From positions 1 to 64,000 of the forward strand of contig JBDRIM010000064.1 of the NCBI GenBank assembly GCA_043816005.1: a stretch of DNA of 64,000 nucleotides. The letters are read 5' to 3'. Below are positions 26,895 through 37,246 of this stretch, piece after piece. This DNA comes from Candidatus Micrarchaeota archaeon. Lineage in GTDB: Archaea > Micrarchaeota > Micrarchaeia > Anstonellales > Bilamarchaeaceae. Each line of letters begins with the position of its first letter. Positions within the stretch are counted from its first letter, which is position 1. Below the pieces are notes generated by a model, which saw nothing but the letters and a program-made list of their open reading frames with translations, was not told the origin of the DNA and ran no database searches. A program made the position numbers and the translations under genes.

Positions 26895-28271
26895 ATGATA
26901 AAAATGGCTAAATATTTCGGGACGAATGGGGTTCGGGGTAAATTAAATGAACTGACACCAGAACTTTCCATGAAACTTGCACAAGCTATAGGAGTTTATT
27001 TGAAAAAAGGAAAAATTATAGTTGGAAGAGATTGTAGACTTACCGGACCAATAATCCAATCTGCAGTAATGGCAGGCCTAGCATCGGTTGGATGTGAGGT
27101 TATTGATATTGGAATTGCAAGTTCCCCCACAGTAGAATTTATAGTAAAAAAACTCAAAGCAAATGGATGTGTTATTGTAAGTGCATCTCATAATCCTCCT
27201 GAATGGAATGCACTTAAAGTTGTTGATAGCAAAGGAATTGCAATTTCATGGGAACGTGGTGAAGAGATAGAAAAGCTGATGAATAAATCAAAACTTGCAA
27301 AATGGGATGAAGTCGGAAAAATAGAACAGTATGATAATGCAATTGAAGATCATATCAAAGCAATTTTGGATGTGATTGGAACACGAAAAACTCAGACAAA
27401 AAAACCAAAAATAGTTCTTGATTGTGGTAATGGGACTGCTGCGCTAATTGCACCAAAACTTTTCAGAGATATGGGTGCAGAAGTTTTAACTTTAAACTCA
27501 CATCCAGATGGGAGATTTCCAGGTAGACCATCAGAACCAACTGAAGCAAATGTAAAAGAATTAATTGCGCTTGTTAAAAGTAGCAATGCAGACGCCGGAG
27601 TTGGATGGGATGGTGATGGAGACAGAGTAATTTTTGTTGATGAAAAAGGGAAGTATATTATTGGTGATAAAGTTTATGCACTTTCCATAATATTGAGATT
27701 GAATGAACAAAAGCATAGCGGCGATATTGTAACTACAGTTGCCACGAGCAGAGTGGTTGAGGATGTTGCAAAAAAATACAACGCAAAAGTAAGATACACT
27801 GCTATAGGTGCACCATATCTGTGCGAAGAGATGGTAAAAGTAAAACATGCTGAAGATGGCACAGCAAAGCCAACTGCAATTATTGGCGGTGAAGAGGTCG
27901 GTGGTGTAATATGGCCAGAATTAAGTCTGGCAAAAGATGGCTTTCTTACGGCAGCAAAGATGTGCGAAGCAATTTGTGACAAAAAATTAAGCGTGTGGCT
28001 TGAAGAGATACCTGAATATTCCAATGTAAAGACAAAGATAGATGCAGACGAAAAGAAGAAGAAGGAGATAGTCGAAAAAGTACTGGCCCATGCTAAAAAC
28101 AACAAACTTGAATTTGTAGATATCGACGGTGTGAGGGTAAATTTCAAGGATAGTTGGGTCATTGTCCGTGCATCAGGCACTGAAAATTATGTGAGAATTT
28201 TTGCTGAAGCGAAAACAAAAGAAGCTGCACAGACACTTGTTGATGAATATATAAAAATAAGTAAAAATTAG
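26895..28271 (+). CDS. glmM: Phosphoglucosamine mutase / phosphomannomutase family
   Basis: FGTNGVRG, SASHNP, DGDGDR, GGEEVGG and RASGTE. Confidence 0.9.
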   Translation: MIKMAKYFGTNGVRGKLNELTPELSMKLAQAIGVYLKKGKIIVGRDCRLTGPIIQSAVMAGLASVGCEVIDIGIASSPTVEFIVKKLKANGCVIVSASHNPPEWNALKVVDSKGIAISWERGEEIEKLMNKSKLAKWDEVGKIEQYDNAIEDHIKAILDVIGTRKTQTKKPKIVLDCGNGTAALIAPKLFRDMGAEVLTLNSHPDGRFPGRPSEPTEANVKELIALVKSSNADAGVGWDGDGDRVIFVDEKGKYIIGDKVYALSIILRLNEQKHSGDIVTTVATSRVVEDVAKKYNAKVRYTAIGAPYLCEEMVKVKHAEDGTAKPTAIIGGEEVGGVIWPELSLAKDGFLTAAKMCEAICDKKLSVWLEEIPEYSNVKTKIDADEKKKKEIVEKVLAHAKNNKLEFVDIDGVRVNFKDSWVIVRASGTENYVRIFAEAKTKEAAQTLVDEYIKISKN

Positions 28272-29125
28272 TGAGAAAGTTGAGTTTTTATCAACGGCAA
28301 AATATCTACTTCTGCAACAGAATTTGGAATTGAATTTGTAGTAAAGACACCATCACACATTTTTCTGAGTTTATCGAGGGAATCATTCAAAAAGAAACCA
28401 TGAGTTGCTGCGCATAACACCTTCCTTGCTCCTCCTTTTTTTACATTTTCAACAGCTTTTAGCATTGTACCGCCAGTTGAAATCATATCATCAAGAATAA
28501 GAATATTCTTCCCTTCAACTTCAAACTCGCGCTCTACTTTCTGAACAGAACGATATGCTTCCTCACCTTTCCCATCATCATACTTTCCACGTACTTTGCT
28601 CATGCTTTTTCCACCAAATTCAGAAATCAAGTAGTTCGCACCTTGATCTGGAGAAATGATCTCCAATGATTCAAGACCGAGTTTTTTCCTTGCGTGTTCC
28701 ACCAAAAGCTTATTGGCACTGACATTGTTAATTTTGAGGTTAGAATATTCGGATTCGCCTTCTTTTTTCAGGAAGTGGCAGTCAACTGTAACAAGCTTAA
28801 CAGCACCGAAATCATTAAGGAGCTTGCAAAGTACCTGTGCTGAAAGCGATTCCCCCATTAGAAATGTTTTATCTTGACGTGAATATGGTAGATATGGTGC
28901 AACCAAGGTTACACGGGCACCAACACGTTTAAGAGTGTGGAGAATTTGGGTTGTGTTGAATATAGCTGTGTTTTGTTTAGGATAGAGACGATGAAAAAGG
29001 ATAACGTTTTCGCCCTGGCACTTGTCTATATCGTTGATTCTTGCATAACTATCCCCATCAGGGAACGTTTTGAATTCAATATTTGGCTCCATTAAGTCTG
29101 AGAAATTAGGAGAAACAAGGTACAT
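28268..29125 (-). CDS. prs: Ribose-phosphate pyrophosphokinase
   Basis: FPDGDSY, PYLPYSRQDK, SPDQGA and DDMISTGGT. Start taken at MYLVSPN (29125). Confidence 0.92.
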   Translation of the reverse strand: MYLVSPNFSDLMEPNIEFKTFPDGDSYARINDIDKCQGENVILFHRLYPKQNTAIFNTTQILHTLKRVGARVTLVAPYLPYSRQDKTFLMGESLSAQVLCKLLNDFGAVKLVTVDCHFLKKEGESEYSNLKINNVSANKLLVEHARKKLGLESLEIISPDQGANYLISEFGGKSMSKVRGKYDDGKGEEAYRSVQKVEREFEVEGKNILILDDMISTGGTMLKAVENVKKGGARKVLCAATHGFFLNDSLDKLRKMCDGVFTTNSIPNSVAEVDILPLIKTQLSH

Positions 29126-29195
29126 AATTAATATTAGTAAAAAACAATTTAAATATTCAATGTCATATAAAAAAAATGATAGGGGATGCCTTTTT

Positions 29196-29708
29196 ATGAC
29201 TAAGATACTCATGATTGTTGCTCAGAATGGATTTAGAGACGAAGAATTTGTAGTACCAAAAGAAATTCTCGAACATGCAGGTCACAAAATAACGGTTGCA
29301 AGCATCACAAGAACAAAGGCAACTGGAATGAAAGGTTTGGTTATTCAGCCAGAAATGAGTGTTTTTGAAGCTAATCCAGAATTTTTTGGAGCAATTATTG
29401 TTGTCGGAGGTTCTGGATCACCTGCCCTTGCGCAAAGTAAGGATGTGACAGACGTTCTTATGGCAGCAAACAATAAGGCTAAAGTGATAGGTGGGATTTG
29501 TCTGGGGGTTATGGCACTTGCAAGTGCTGGAATTTTGGCAAATAAAAATGCAACAGTCTTCCCAGATAGAGATGCAATTGTTCACTTGAAGAACAACGGC
29601 GCAAGATATACGACGGACCATGTTGTTATAGACGGTAAAATTGTAACTGCAGATGGCCCTTCAAATGCAGGTAAATTTGGTGTTGCAATTGCAGGCCTGC
29701 TCAAATAA
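29196..29708 (+). CDS. DJ-1/PfpI family protein
   Basis: GFRDEE, VVGGSG, GGICLG and VTADGP. Start taken at MTKILM. Confidence 0.9.
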   Translation: MTKILMIVAQNGFRDEEFVVPKEILEHAGHKITVASITRTKATGMKGLVIQPEMSVFEANPEFFGAIIVVGGSGSPALAQSKDVTDVLMAANNKAKVIGGICLGVMALASAGILANKNATVFPDRDAIVHLKNNGARYTTDHVVIDGKIVTADGPSNAGKFGVAIAGLLK

Positions 29709-29818
29709 GTTGAAATAACTATCGAAACAATTTATGGTGAGATAAAGACCATGGTTCTTTTTTAATTTCCTTTTGAAGGATGTTTCAAAGGAACTTTGGT
29801 TCCTTGAGAGGGAAAAAA

Positions 29819-30025
29819 ATGATTACAATAAAACATGATGGTTGCATTCTTTGTGTTGGCTGTTCTTCAGTATGTCCAACCAGTGCAATTGAAGTTGTTG
29901 GAACAAGAATGAAGCATTTTCCAGAAAAATGCATTGATTGTGGGATTTGTGTAAAAATTTGTCCTGCTAATGTCATCTGTATGTACAAGGGAGTGAAAAC
30001 TGCAAAAGATCTTCCAACTGAGTAG
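29819..30025 (+). CDS. 2x[4Fe-4S] ferredoxin, likely partner of geranylgeranyl reductase
   Basis: Two CxxCxxCxxxCP motifs, directly upstream of the GGR gene. Confidence 0.9.
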   Translation: MITIKHDGCILCVGCSSVCPTSAIEVVGTRMKHFPEKCIDCGICVKICPANVICMYKGVKTAKDLPTE

Positions 30026-30033
30026 GTGACTAA

Positions 30034-31251
30034 ATGAAATATGATCATGATGTAATTGTAATAGGAGGAGGGCCTGCCGGAGCAACATTTGCACGTATTG
30101 CAGCACAAGGTGGACTTGATGTACTCGTTATTGACAAGAGAAAAGAAATAGGGGTACCAGTTAGATGTGGTGAAGGTCTTGGTGTCGGAGAACTGATAAA
30201 ACAGGATTTAGACATTCCAAAAGGATGTTATTCGACTCATATCGACGGTGCTAAAATAGTTTCACCAAGTGGAAAATCAATCACCTGGAGAGATACCGGT
30301 ACAAAAGGATGGGTTTTGAATAGAAATGTGTTTGACAAATGGCTCTGTGAACTTGCAGTAGATAAAGGAGCTGTAGTGCACACTTATACTAGGGCTTTTG
30401 AAATTCTTAAAGATGAAAAAGGAAAACCAAACGGAGTTAAAGTTACTCATGGCGGACGTGAACCCTATGAGATCCATGCTCCACTTATTGTTTCTGCTGA
30501 AGGTATGGAATCAATGATGGCAAGACAATTGGGCTTCAAAACAGTACATTCTCTTTACGATGTTGACACATGCTATGAATATGAAATGAAACCTTACGAT
30601 CATGAAAATTTGATTGAACTTTATTTTGGCAATAAAATTGCACCACGAGGATATGTTTGGATCTTCCCAAAAGATAACAAGAAAGCAAACGTAGGGATTG
30701 GGATTGGCGGTAATGTGAACAATGGTAAGAAATTAGGTGAGGTTGATGGCGCTGCACCAAAACCTTTGCTTGATGAGTTCATAAAACACCATGAACAACT
30801 AAAGGATTCAAGTACTTTGCTGGATTTTGGTGGTGTAATTTCAGTAGGTGCGCCGATAAATGAATTCGTAAAAGATAATTGCATGATAATTGGAACTGCA
30901 GCAAAGCAGGTTGATCCGATACATGGCGGAGGTATTGGCCTTGCGATGGAAACCGGAGTAATTGCAGCCTTAGTTGCGATAAAAGCCCACAAGAAAAAAG
31001 ATTACAGTAAAGAAACTCTTTTTGAATATGAGAAACAATGGAGGGTGGAACCCGGAAAGATGGTTGCAGACAGATTGCTACTTAGAAAAGTAACTGAAAA
31101 AATCAGCGATGATGACTTGAATCATATTTTCAATTCACTTACCAATCACGATTTAAAGGATATTATGGATGGAAAGTTTGCTGGTCCTGTTGCTAAGGTT
31201 CTTGTAGGAAGACCTCAGATGCTTGGAATCTTAAGTGCACTTGTAAAATGA
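30034..31251 (+). CDS. Digeranylgeranylglycerophospholipid reductase (geranylgeranyl reductase family)
   Basis: GGGPAG FAD motif, PVRCGEG, GYVWIFPK and PIHGGGI. Confidence 0.92.
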   Translation: MKYDHDVIVIGGGPAGATFARIAAQGGLDVLVIDKRKEIGVPVRCGEGLGVGELIKQDLDIPKGCYSTHIDGAKIVSPSGKSITWRDTGTKGWVLNRNVFDKWLCELAVDKGAVVHTYTRAFEILKDEKGKPNGVKVTHGGREPYEIHAPLIVSAEGMESMMARQLGFKTVHSLYDVDTCYEYEMKPYDHENLIELYFGNKIAPRGYVWIFPKDNKKANVGIGIGGNVNNGKKLGEVDGAAPKPLLDEFIKHHEQLKDSSTLLDFGGVISVGAPINEFVKDNCMIIGTAAKQVDPIHGGGIGLAMETGVIAALVAIKAHKKKDYSKETLFEYEKQWRVEPGKMVADRLLLRKVTEKISDDDLNHIFNSLTNHDLKDIMDGKFAGPVAKVLVGRPQMLGILSALVK

Positions 31252-31887
31252 TTATCCACCAGTATCAAAATCCATCGTCTGAACTGGTGGTGGAAGAAGT
31301 GTTGCAAACAAAATTTTTGGTTCTTGGTATTCCAAAGTTAATGGAAGCCCCCCTTTTTTATCGCTATAGTATTTTGAAAGGTGTGCAACAAGCGGATCCA
31401 TAACATCTGGAGAAATTCCTTGTATTTTAATATCAGTACCACGAATTTCAGGATCAGAAAGTTGTGCAGCAGCTGCGGAAATGTTTGATTTCAAATTTAT
31501 AAGATAATTTTGTTTTATGTCTTTTGCAAGTGCACCTGCATTAAATTTAATTTTTGAACCAGATGCAATCCAAGAAAAATCAGATGTCACTTCATAGTAT
31601 CTTGCAATGGCATATTCAGGATGTTCTTCTTGGATATCTTTCATTATTTGATCTAAATCTATGATGTTGTCTTCTCTATATTTTGGATCTTTTAACATAC
31701 TAGCTAGTAATTTCAACTCATCTTTCGAAGGTGGTTTTGAAAAACGCTCCTTGATCAGAGTAGCAACGGCTTTATCATATCCTTTTTCAGCTCTTCGTTG
31801 TGCCTCTTTTGGAGCAAGTCTTGGAATCATAACTTGAGTTGGGGGTGCTTTCACTTCTTTAAACTTTGGAGATGCCATAGATAACAT
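31252..31887 (-). CDS. Hypothetical protein
   Basis: 211-aa ORF filling the gap; no motif recognised. Confidence 0.6.
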   Translation of the reverse strand: MLSMASPKFKEVKAPPTQVMIPRLAPKEAQRRAEKGYDKAVATLIKERFSKPPSKDELKLLASMLKDPKYREDNIIDLDQIMKDIQEEHPEYAIARYYEVTSDFSWIASGSKIKFNAGALAKDIKQNYLINLKSNISAAAAQLSDPEIRGTDIKIQGISPDVMDPLVAHLSKYYSDKKGGLPLTLEYQEPKILFATLLPPPVQTMDFDTGG

Positions 31888-31909
31888 AGAGCACGTAAGA
31901 TAATAAAAA

Positions 31910-32455
31910 TTATCGTTTTATGGGAGTATGCCACCCATCAAAAGGATTAGAAAGATCAATTTGCCATTCATTACCGTTTTTAGAAGTAATTATTAACATT
32001 TTACCATCCACTCTTGCTTTTTCAATTCCCCCATCTTCATTAACTGGAGGTAATCCTACTTCGTATGAATTTGCAAGAACAAGAGAATTACCTAAAAATC
32101 CCAACATTTCAACACCATCTAGAACGTTTTGAGCACCTAAAGAGACTATTGCTCTATCTGGAGAGAGCATTACAGTGAACTCATCAGAACAGATCAATGA
32201 ATCAATACGAACTACTGTGACATCAAGAACTGATTTTCCTTGATGATTTGAAGTAGTTGCATATGTGATTGTATTACCAGAAAGAATGCAAATGCCTTGA
32301 CTCCAAGAACCTCTTAACACCCCTTCATGAATTGGAGATTGTAATCTTGAATCTGATCGGGATTGCGCAGGAATAGTAGCAGCACAGCCACCAAGTGCTG
32401 AGACAACTGCAGTAGTTATGGCAAGTCGTCTCATTGTAGGATTTCCACAGGTCAT
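31910..32455 (-). CDS. Hypothetical lipoprotein-like secreted protein
   Basis: RRLAITTAVVSALGGC resembles a signal peptide with lipobox. Confidence 0.6.
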   Translation of the reverse strand: MTCGNPTMRRLAITTAVVSALGGCAATIPAQSRSDSRLQSPIHEGVLRGSWSQGICILSGNTITYATTSNHQGKSVLDVTVVRIDSLICSDEFTVMLSPDRAIVSLGAQNVLDGVEMLGFLGNSLVLANSYEVGLPPVNEDGGIEKARVDGKMLIITSKNGNEWQIDLSNPFDGWHTPIKR

Positions 32456-32536
32456 TAAACCACATCTTTAGTTAAATTGAAACAATTTAAAAGGCAATCT
32501 ATCAGCCATATAAACCCTTTCAATAAGAAAAAGCAT

Positions 32537-34147
32537 ATGGACGAATTTTCAGACGAAGAGAAAAGGCTACTTGAACCCTTCGTGAGCAACATAGACAAAC
32601 CAGTTTTTACACTCACCAACCTTCCAGAGGTTGTTAAAGGTGCTTTGTTTTCACGCTATAGCAGAAGTGCAAAAAGCTTACGCAGAGTTTTGCTTGATGA
32701 ATTTATGTTGTCACCTGAAATAGGACTAAAAGATATTATCCATTCGCTACCAAAAAAGCAACATAGTCCAGTACAAACAACAAAAGCAGAAGAATTTTAT
32801 GAGAGAGTTTTGGTTGGATATGGTGATGATTCGGTTGCAGAATTAGCAGGTGCACACATTGCATTGGAAGGCGTCTCGATTATCGCAACAAAAATAGTCG
32901 AAGATGCGAGAATTGGGCTTTCACCTCTTGAAAAATCAACAAGATATGTTTATTTTGATACAAAAAAAGATGGTAAATGGATGTACTTAAGAGAGAAAAC
33001 TCTTATGGCATCTGAATTTGCAGAACTTTATCAGGAGACATGCGATTTTTGTTTTCAGACTTATGCTGACCTTATACCAAAAGTATCTGAATGGGTAATG
33101 AAAAGATCTCCAAAAGAAAATGACACAACCGATAGAGCGTATAAATCAACAATACGAGCAAAAACATGCGATTTACTTCGTGGGTTGTTACCTGCATCAA
33201 CACTCACAAATATGGGATTTTTTGGTGATGGTAGGGCATATGAATATTTATTGACAAAAATGTTCGGAGATGAATTGGCTGAAATTCGAGAGCTTGCAGG
33301 AGAGATGCAAACAGAACTTTCAGGAATAATACCCTCTTTTGTAAAACGATCAAATGGTGAATTTGGAATTTTAATGCAGGAATACCTCAAAAAAGTAAGA
33401 GAAGAAACAAGCTCACTAATAAGTAAATATGCAGGTGCAGAAGGTGGCGAAGGAGTAGGATTAGTTGAATACGAGAAAAATGCTGAGAAAAAAGCGATTA
33501 CATCTATAATTTATCCTCATTTACAAAAACCAATGAATGAAATCGAAAAAATAGTAGAAAGAATGGCAGACGAGGAAAAAAATGCGATTATCAAAGCATA
33601 CATAGGCGAAAGACAAAACCGCAGACATAGACCAGGAAGAGCATTTGAACATATATTTTATACATTTGATATTTGTGGAAATTATGGTGCTTATCGTGAC
33701 CTTCACCGCCACAGAATTCTTACGCAGCAACGGCAAACATTAACACCATATTTGGGCTATAAAATTCCAGATGAAATTATCCAAGCAGGTTTTGAAAAGG
33801 AATTCAGAGCCGTCATGGGCAAGACAAAAGAAACGTATGAAAAAATAGAAAAGAAATACCCAAAAGAAGCACAATATATTGTCCCACTTGCCTACAATAT
33901 ACGATGGTATATGAAGTTGAATCTAAGAGAAGCATACCATCTGCTTGAATTAAGGAGTGCGATGCAAGGTCATCGTGACTATCGTGAAATTGCTCAGAGA
34001 ATGTTCAAAGAAATTGAAAAAGTACATCCGCATTTAGCATCTGGAATGACTTTTATGGACATGAAAGATTATGAATTTGAAAGGCTTGAAGCAGAAAAAA
34101 GAATAGATAAAAGATTAGAGGAGATTGCGAACAAATATGAAAAATAA
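32537..34147 (+). CDS. thyX: FAD-dependent thymidylate synthase, long tandem-domain type
   Basis: LFSRYSRS, GYGDDSVAEL, LEKSTRY and RDLHRHR. Start taken at MDEFS. Confidence 0.9.
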   Translation: MDEFSDEEKRLLEPFVSNIDKPVFTLTNLPEVVKGALFSRYSRSAKSLRRVLLDEFMLSPEIGLKDIIHSLPKKQHSPVQTTKAEEFYERVLVGYGDDSVAELAGAHIALEGVSIIATKIVEDARIGLSPLEKSTRYVYFDTKKDGKWMYLREKTLMASEFAELYQETCDFCFQTYADLIPKVSEWVMKRSPKENDTTDRAYKSTIRAKTCDLLRGLLPASTLTNMGFFGDGRAYEYLLTKMFGDELAEIRELAGEMQTELSGIIPSFVKRSNGEFGILMQEYLKKVREETSSLISKYAGAEGGEGVGLVEYEKNAEKKAITSIIYPHLQKPMNEIEKIVERMADEEKNAIIKAYIGERQNRRHRPGRAFEHIFYTFDICGNYGAYRDLHRHRILTQQRQTLTPYLGYKIPDEIIQAGFEKEFRAVMGKTKETYEKIEKKYPKEAQYIVPLAYNIRWYMKLNLREAYHLLELRSAMQGHRDYREIAQRMFKEIEKVHPHLASGMTFMDMKDYEFERLEAEKRIDKRLEEIANKYEK

Positions 34148-35027
34148 CATTTACATAACCGGTGCAACAGGCAGACTTGGAAGAGTAGTTCTCCCAAAAA
34201 TAAATGCAATGCCTCTTGTTCTTGCACCATCCGGTCTGAAAAACGAGGTTGTAACTGATTTTTCAGAAGAACAGCTTAAAAAAATATTAAAAAATGCTAA
34301 GATAATTGTCCATATTGCTGGCTCGGTAGACACCTATGATAGGAAAAAACTCATGGAAGGAAATGTGGAATTAACCAAAAAAATAGTGAGTGCTGCTCCG
34401 AAAAATAGTAGGATAATATTTGCAAGTTCTATTTCAGTATATGGCAAGAGTTTGGCAAAGAAACCTGCTGATGAAGAAACCAAAACAAATCCGGATTCGG
34501 ATTATGCGCAAACAAAATACGACGCTGAAAAACTAGTTGCTTCGCATCCAAACCACGTCATCCTAAGAATAGGAACGATATATGGACCGCAATTTTCTGA
34601 TTATAAGAAGATATTATTGAAAATAAAAAAAGGAAATATGAAAAAGATTGGTGATGGAACGAATAACATACCATTTGTTCATGTTGATGATGTCGCAGAG
34701 GTTTTCAAAAATTCTCTTGAAAAAGGATATGGAATTTATGTGATTACAGGTGAAGCAAAAACCCAGAATGATATTTACGCAATAGCAGCAAAAGAACTTG
34801 GGACAGTACCACCAACAGAGCAAATATCAGTAAAAACTGCCATGTTTTTTGCAAGCTTAGGTGAAATTTGGTATACGATCAGCGGTAAAAAACCATCTCT
34901 AAGCAAAGAGCACATTGCCGTATTAGCATATGACCGCATTTTCAATTGTAGTAAAGCTAAAAGAGAGCTTGAATTTAAACCGAAAAAGTTGGAGAATGGA
35001 ATAAAGGAGATTGCGAGGCAATTATAA
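34137..35027 (+). CDS. NAD-dependent epimerase/dehydratase (extended SDR)
   Basis: ITGATGRLG, SSISVYG and YAQTK (YxxxK). Confidence 0.88.
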   Translation: MKNNIYITGATGRLGRVVLPKINAMPLVLAPSGLKNEVVTDFSEEQLKKILKNAKIIVHIAGSVDTYDRKKLMEGNVELTKKIVSAAPKNSRIIFASSISVYGKSLAKKPADEETKTNPDSDYAQTKYDAEKLVASHPNHVILRIGTIYGPQFSDYKKILLKIKKGNMKKIGDGTNNIPFVHVDDVAEVFKNSLEKGYGIYVITGEAKTQNDIYAIAAKELGTVPPTEQISVKTAMFFASLGEIWYTISGKKPSLSKEHIAVLAYDRIFNCSKAKRELEFKPKKLENGIKEIARQL

Positions 35028-35050
35028 AACTTACAGGAGAATGATATCAC

Positions 35051-35794
35051 ATGAAACGAGCATTTTTGGTTTTGCTAATCCTTTCGATGGTTGTGAGCGC
35101 TGCTTTTGATCAGACGTATGCACAACAGATGCATAGAAATGGTGAATCCTCGATTGAAAAAACGATGGATGTTGCCATTTTTGCAGGGCAGCTTAGTGAT
35201 GATGCTTTTATAAAAATGGATAACTATTGTAGATCAACAACAGATGTTGTGTGTAGTATTGATGTAGATAAAAAGATAGTTAAGATAACAGAAAGTTTCT
35301 CTCCTGGTGCGTATTATAGCTTCACAGGAGATTATGGACTACCAGATACAACATATACGTTGGTAGTAAGCAAAATACCAGTGGATATGTTTGCCAAAAA
35401 ATTTGAAAAAATACTCGTGGCAACAGACGAAGCAACGCCTAGTGGAGATAGTGGAATTGTAATTGATCTGCGCGACAAGGTAAAAAATGCAGAATCGGCT
35501 GCTTTACTAAAAACATTTTTCGCAAAAATTACCTATGTTGTTGAGATGCCATCAGAAATAGAAATTGCTTATGCTGGAAATGTAACAGCTATAGTAAATG
35601 GTTCAACAGCAACTTTTGACTTCGTGGCAATTTTGGAGGATTCGGAACCAATGGTTATAGTTAGTAAAGAAACCAATTATGGCTATATTGTTGCGATAGT
35701 TGGAGTTGTTGCATTGATAGTACTTGCATATGCGTTTATAGCATCATCAAGACCAAGACAGACAAAAGAGAGCAAAAGAAGGAATAAAAAATAA
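35051..35794 (+). CDS. Secreted, C-terminally membrane-anchored hypothetical protein
   Basis: Signal peptide MKRAFLVLLILSMVVSA, and a C-terminal TM helix with a basic tail. Confidence 0.75.
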   Translation: MKRAFLVLLILSMVVSAAFDQTYAQQMHRNGESSIEKTMDVAIFAGQLSDDAFIKMDNYCRSTTDVVCSIDVDKKIVKITESFSPGAYYSFTGDYGLPDTTYTLVVSKIPVDMFAKKFEKILVATDEATPSGDSGIVIDLRDKVKNAESAALLKTFFAKITYVVEMPSEIEIAYAGNVTAIVNGSTATFDFVAILEDSEPMVIVSKETNYGYIVAIVGVVALIVLAYAFIASSRPRQTKESKRRNKK

Positions 35795-35860
35795 CAGTAG
35801 TTAGAAAAATTCTTTTGTAATGTTCAATAATAAAATTTCTATAAGAATTGAGGTGAGAGT

Positions 35861-36901
35861 ATGGCAGGAATTGTCGGCTATGGATCTTATATTCCAGTAT
35901 TCAGAATCAAAAGTGCAGATATAGCAAAGGTTTGGGGAGAGGAACCTAACAGAATAGAACGGGGCCTTGGAATAATTGAAAAGGCAGTTGGTGGAATAGA
36001 TGAAGATGCAGCAACTATTGCCGTTGAAGCGGCAAAAAATGCACTTCTACGGGCAGGTTTAGAACCAACAAAACTTGGGGCACTTTATGTTGGTAGTGAA
36101 TCTCACCCATATGCAGTAAAACCAACAGGAACAATAGTTGCAGAGGCAATAGGAGCAACACCAAATTTAACATGTGCAGACCTTGAATTTGCATGTAAAG
36201 CAGGAACTGCAGGATTGCAGATAGTTATGGCAATGGTTGACTCCGGAATGATAAAATATGGTATGGCAATCGGCTCTGATACTGCACAAGGAAGGCCTGG
36301 AGATGCACTTGAATATTCTGCAGCCTCAGGTGGTGCTGCATTTATTACTGGAGCTAATAACGAATCAGTTGCAATAATAGAATCAACTTTTTCATATACA
36401 ACGGATACTCCTGATTTCTGGAGGAGACAGCATGCTGATTATCCAACACATGGTGGAAGATTTACTGGGAAGCCAGCGTATTTCAAGCACGTGATTGCAG
36501 CAACAGAAGGCCTTCTTCAAAAAACCGGAACGAAAGTAACAGATTATGATTATGCAATATTTCACCAGCCAAATGGACGATTTCCAATTGAAGCTGGAAA
36601 GAAATTAGGTATACCGATAGAAAAACTAAAAACAGGTTTGCTCACTCCAATGATTGGTAATACTTACTCTGGAGCTTCCATGTTGGGTCTTTCGGCAGTT
36701 TTGGACGAAGCAAAGGCAGGTAGTAAAATTTTAGTTACTTCTTATGGTTCAGGTGCTGGAAGCGATTCATTTGCAATCAGTGTAACAGATAAAATAGAAG
36801 AGGTTAGAGGGAACGCTCCAACAACAAAAGAGTATATTGCAAAGAAAAAATACATTGATTATGCGACTTATATCAAATTTAGAAAGAAGATTAAGGGTTA
36901 A
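35861..36901 (+). CDS. Hydroxymethylglutaryl-CoA synthase (archaeal)
   Basis: [23 protein letters not shown] and IGNTYSG. Confidence 0.95.
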   Translation: MAGIVGYGSYIPVFRIKSADIAKVWGEEPNRIERGLGIIEKAVGGIDEDAATIAVEAAKNALLRAGLEPTKLGALYVGSESHPYAVKPTGTIVAEAIGATPNLTCADLEFACKAGTAGLQIVMAMVDSGMIKYGMAIGSDTAQGRPGDALEYSAASGGAAFITGANNESVAIIESTFSYTTDTPDFWRRQHADYPTHGGRFTGKPAYFKHVIAATEGLLQKTGTKVTDYDYAIFHQPNGRFPIEAGKKLGIPIEKLKTGLLTPMIGNTYSGASMLGLSAVLDEAKAGSKILVTSYGSGAGSDSFAISVTDKIEEVRGNAPTTKEYIAKKKYIDYATYIKFRKKIKG

Positions 36902-36910
36902 GAAGAAATA

Positions 36911-36928
36911 AAAAACTGGCCCGATGAG
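36911..36928 (-). repeat. Duplicate of the tRNA-Arg(CCT) 3' end
   Basis: AAAAACTGGCCCGATGAG vs AAAAACGGGCCCGATGAG at 37013-37030 (17/18 nt), 102 nt apart. Confidence 0.75.
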
Positions 36929-37017
36929 TTTTGGTCTGATGAACTCGCTTCGCTCGTTTATTTTGTTCCAGAAATTCCCTGAATCAGACTAATCTAGTAA
37001 ACATAAAAAAAGAAAAA

Positions 37018-37246
37018 CGGGCCCGATGAGATAAGTTCCCCTGTTTCAACGTGGGGGTTGAAACCCTCAAGGGGGCTGGCCCCCTTATGGGATTGAACTC
37101 ATGACCTTCGCCTCGCACCTTTTTGGTAAAAAGGTGCGTCCAAAAACGGACTGTTATTTTACCAAAAGATAGGAGAGCGTCGCTTTAGATTCGGAACCTT
37201 GTAATAAACTTTTTGATCCGATCTATCCAAGCTGAGCTACGAGCCC
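37018..37246 (-). tRNA. tRNA-Arg(CCT) with three introns: 22/23 (37185-37222), 37/38 (37114-37169), 58/59 (37033-37092)
   Basis: Removing the introns gives GGGCTCG TA GCTC AGCTTGGATA GAGC G ACGCT CTCCTAA GGCGA AGGTC ATGAG TTCAAAT CTCAT CGGGCCC G. Each junction forms a strict or relaxed BHB. There is one A27-A43 mismatch. Confidence 0.88.

Noticed and set aside
25841..26905. Gene-end duplication around the MNT-HEPN pair
   Set aside because: Only short A-rich similarity (AATAGATAAGATA vs AATAGATGATA), not distinguishable from chance.
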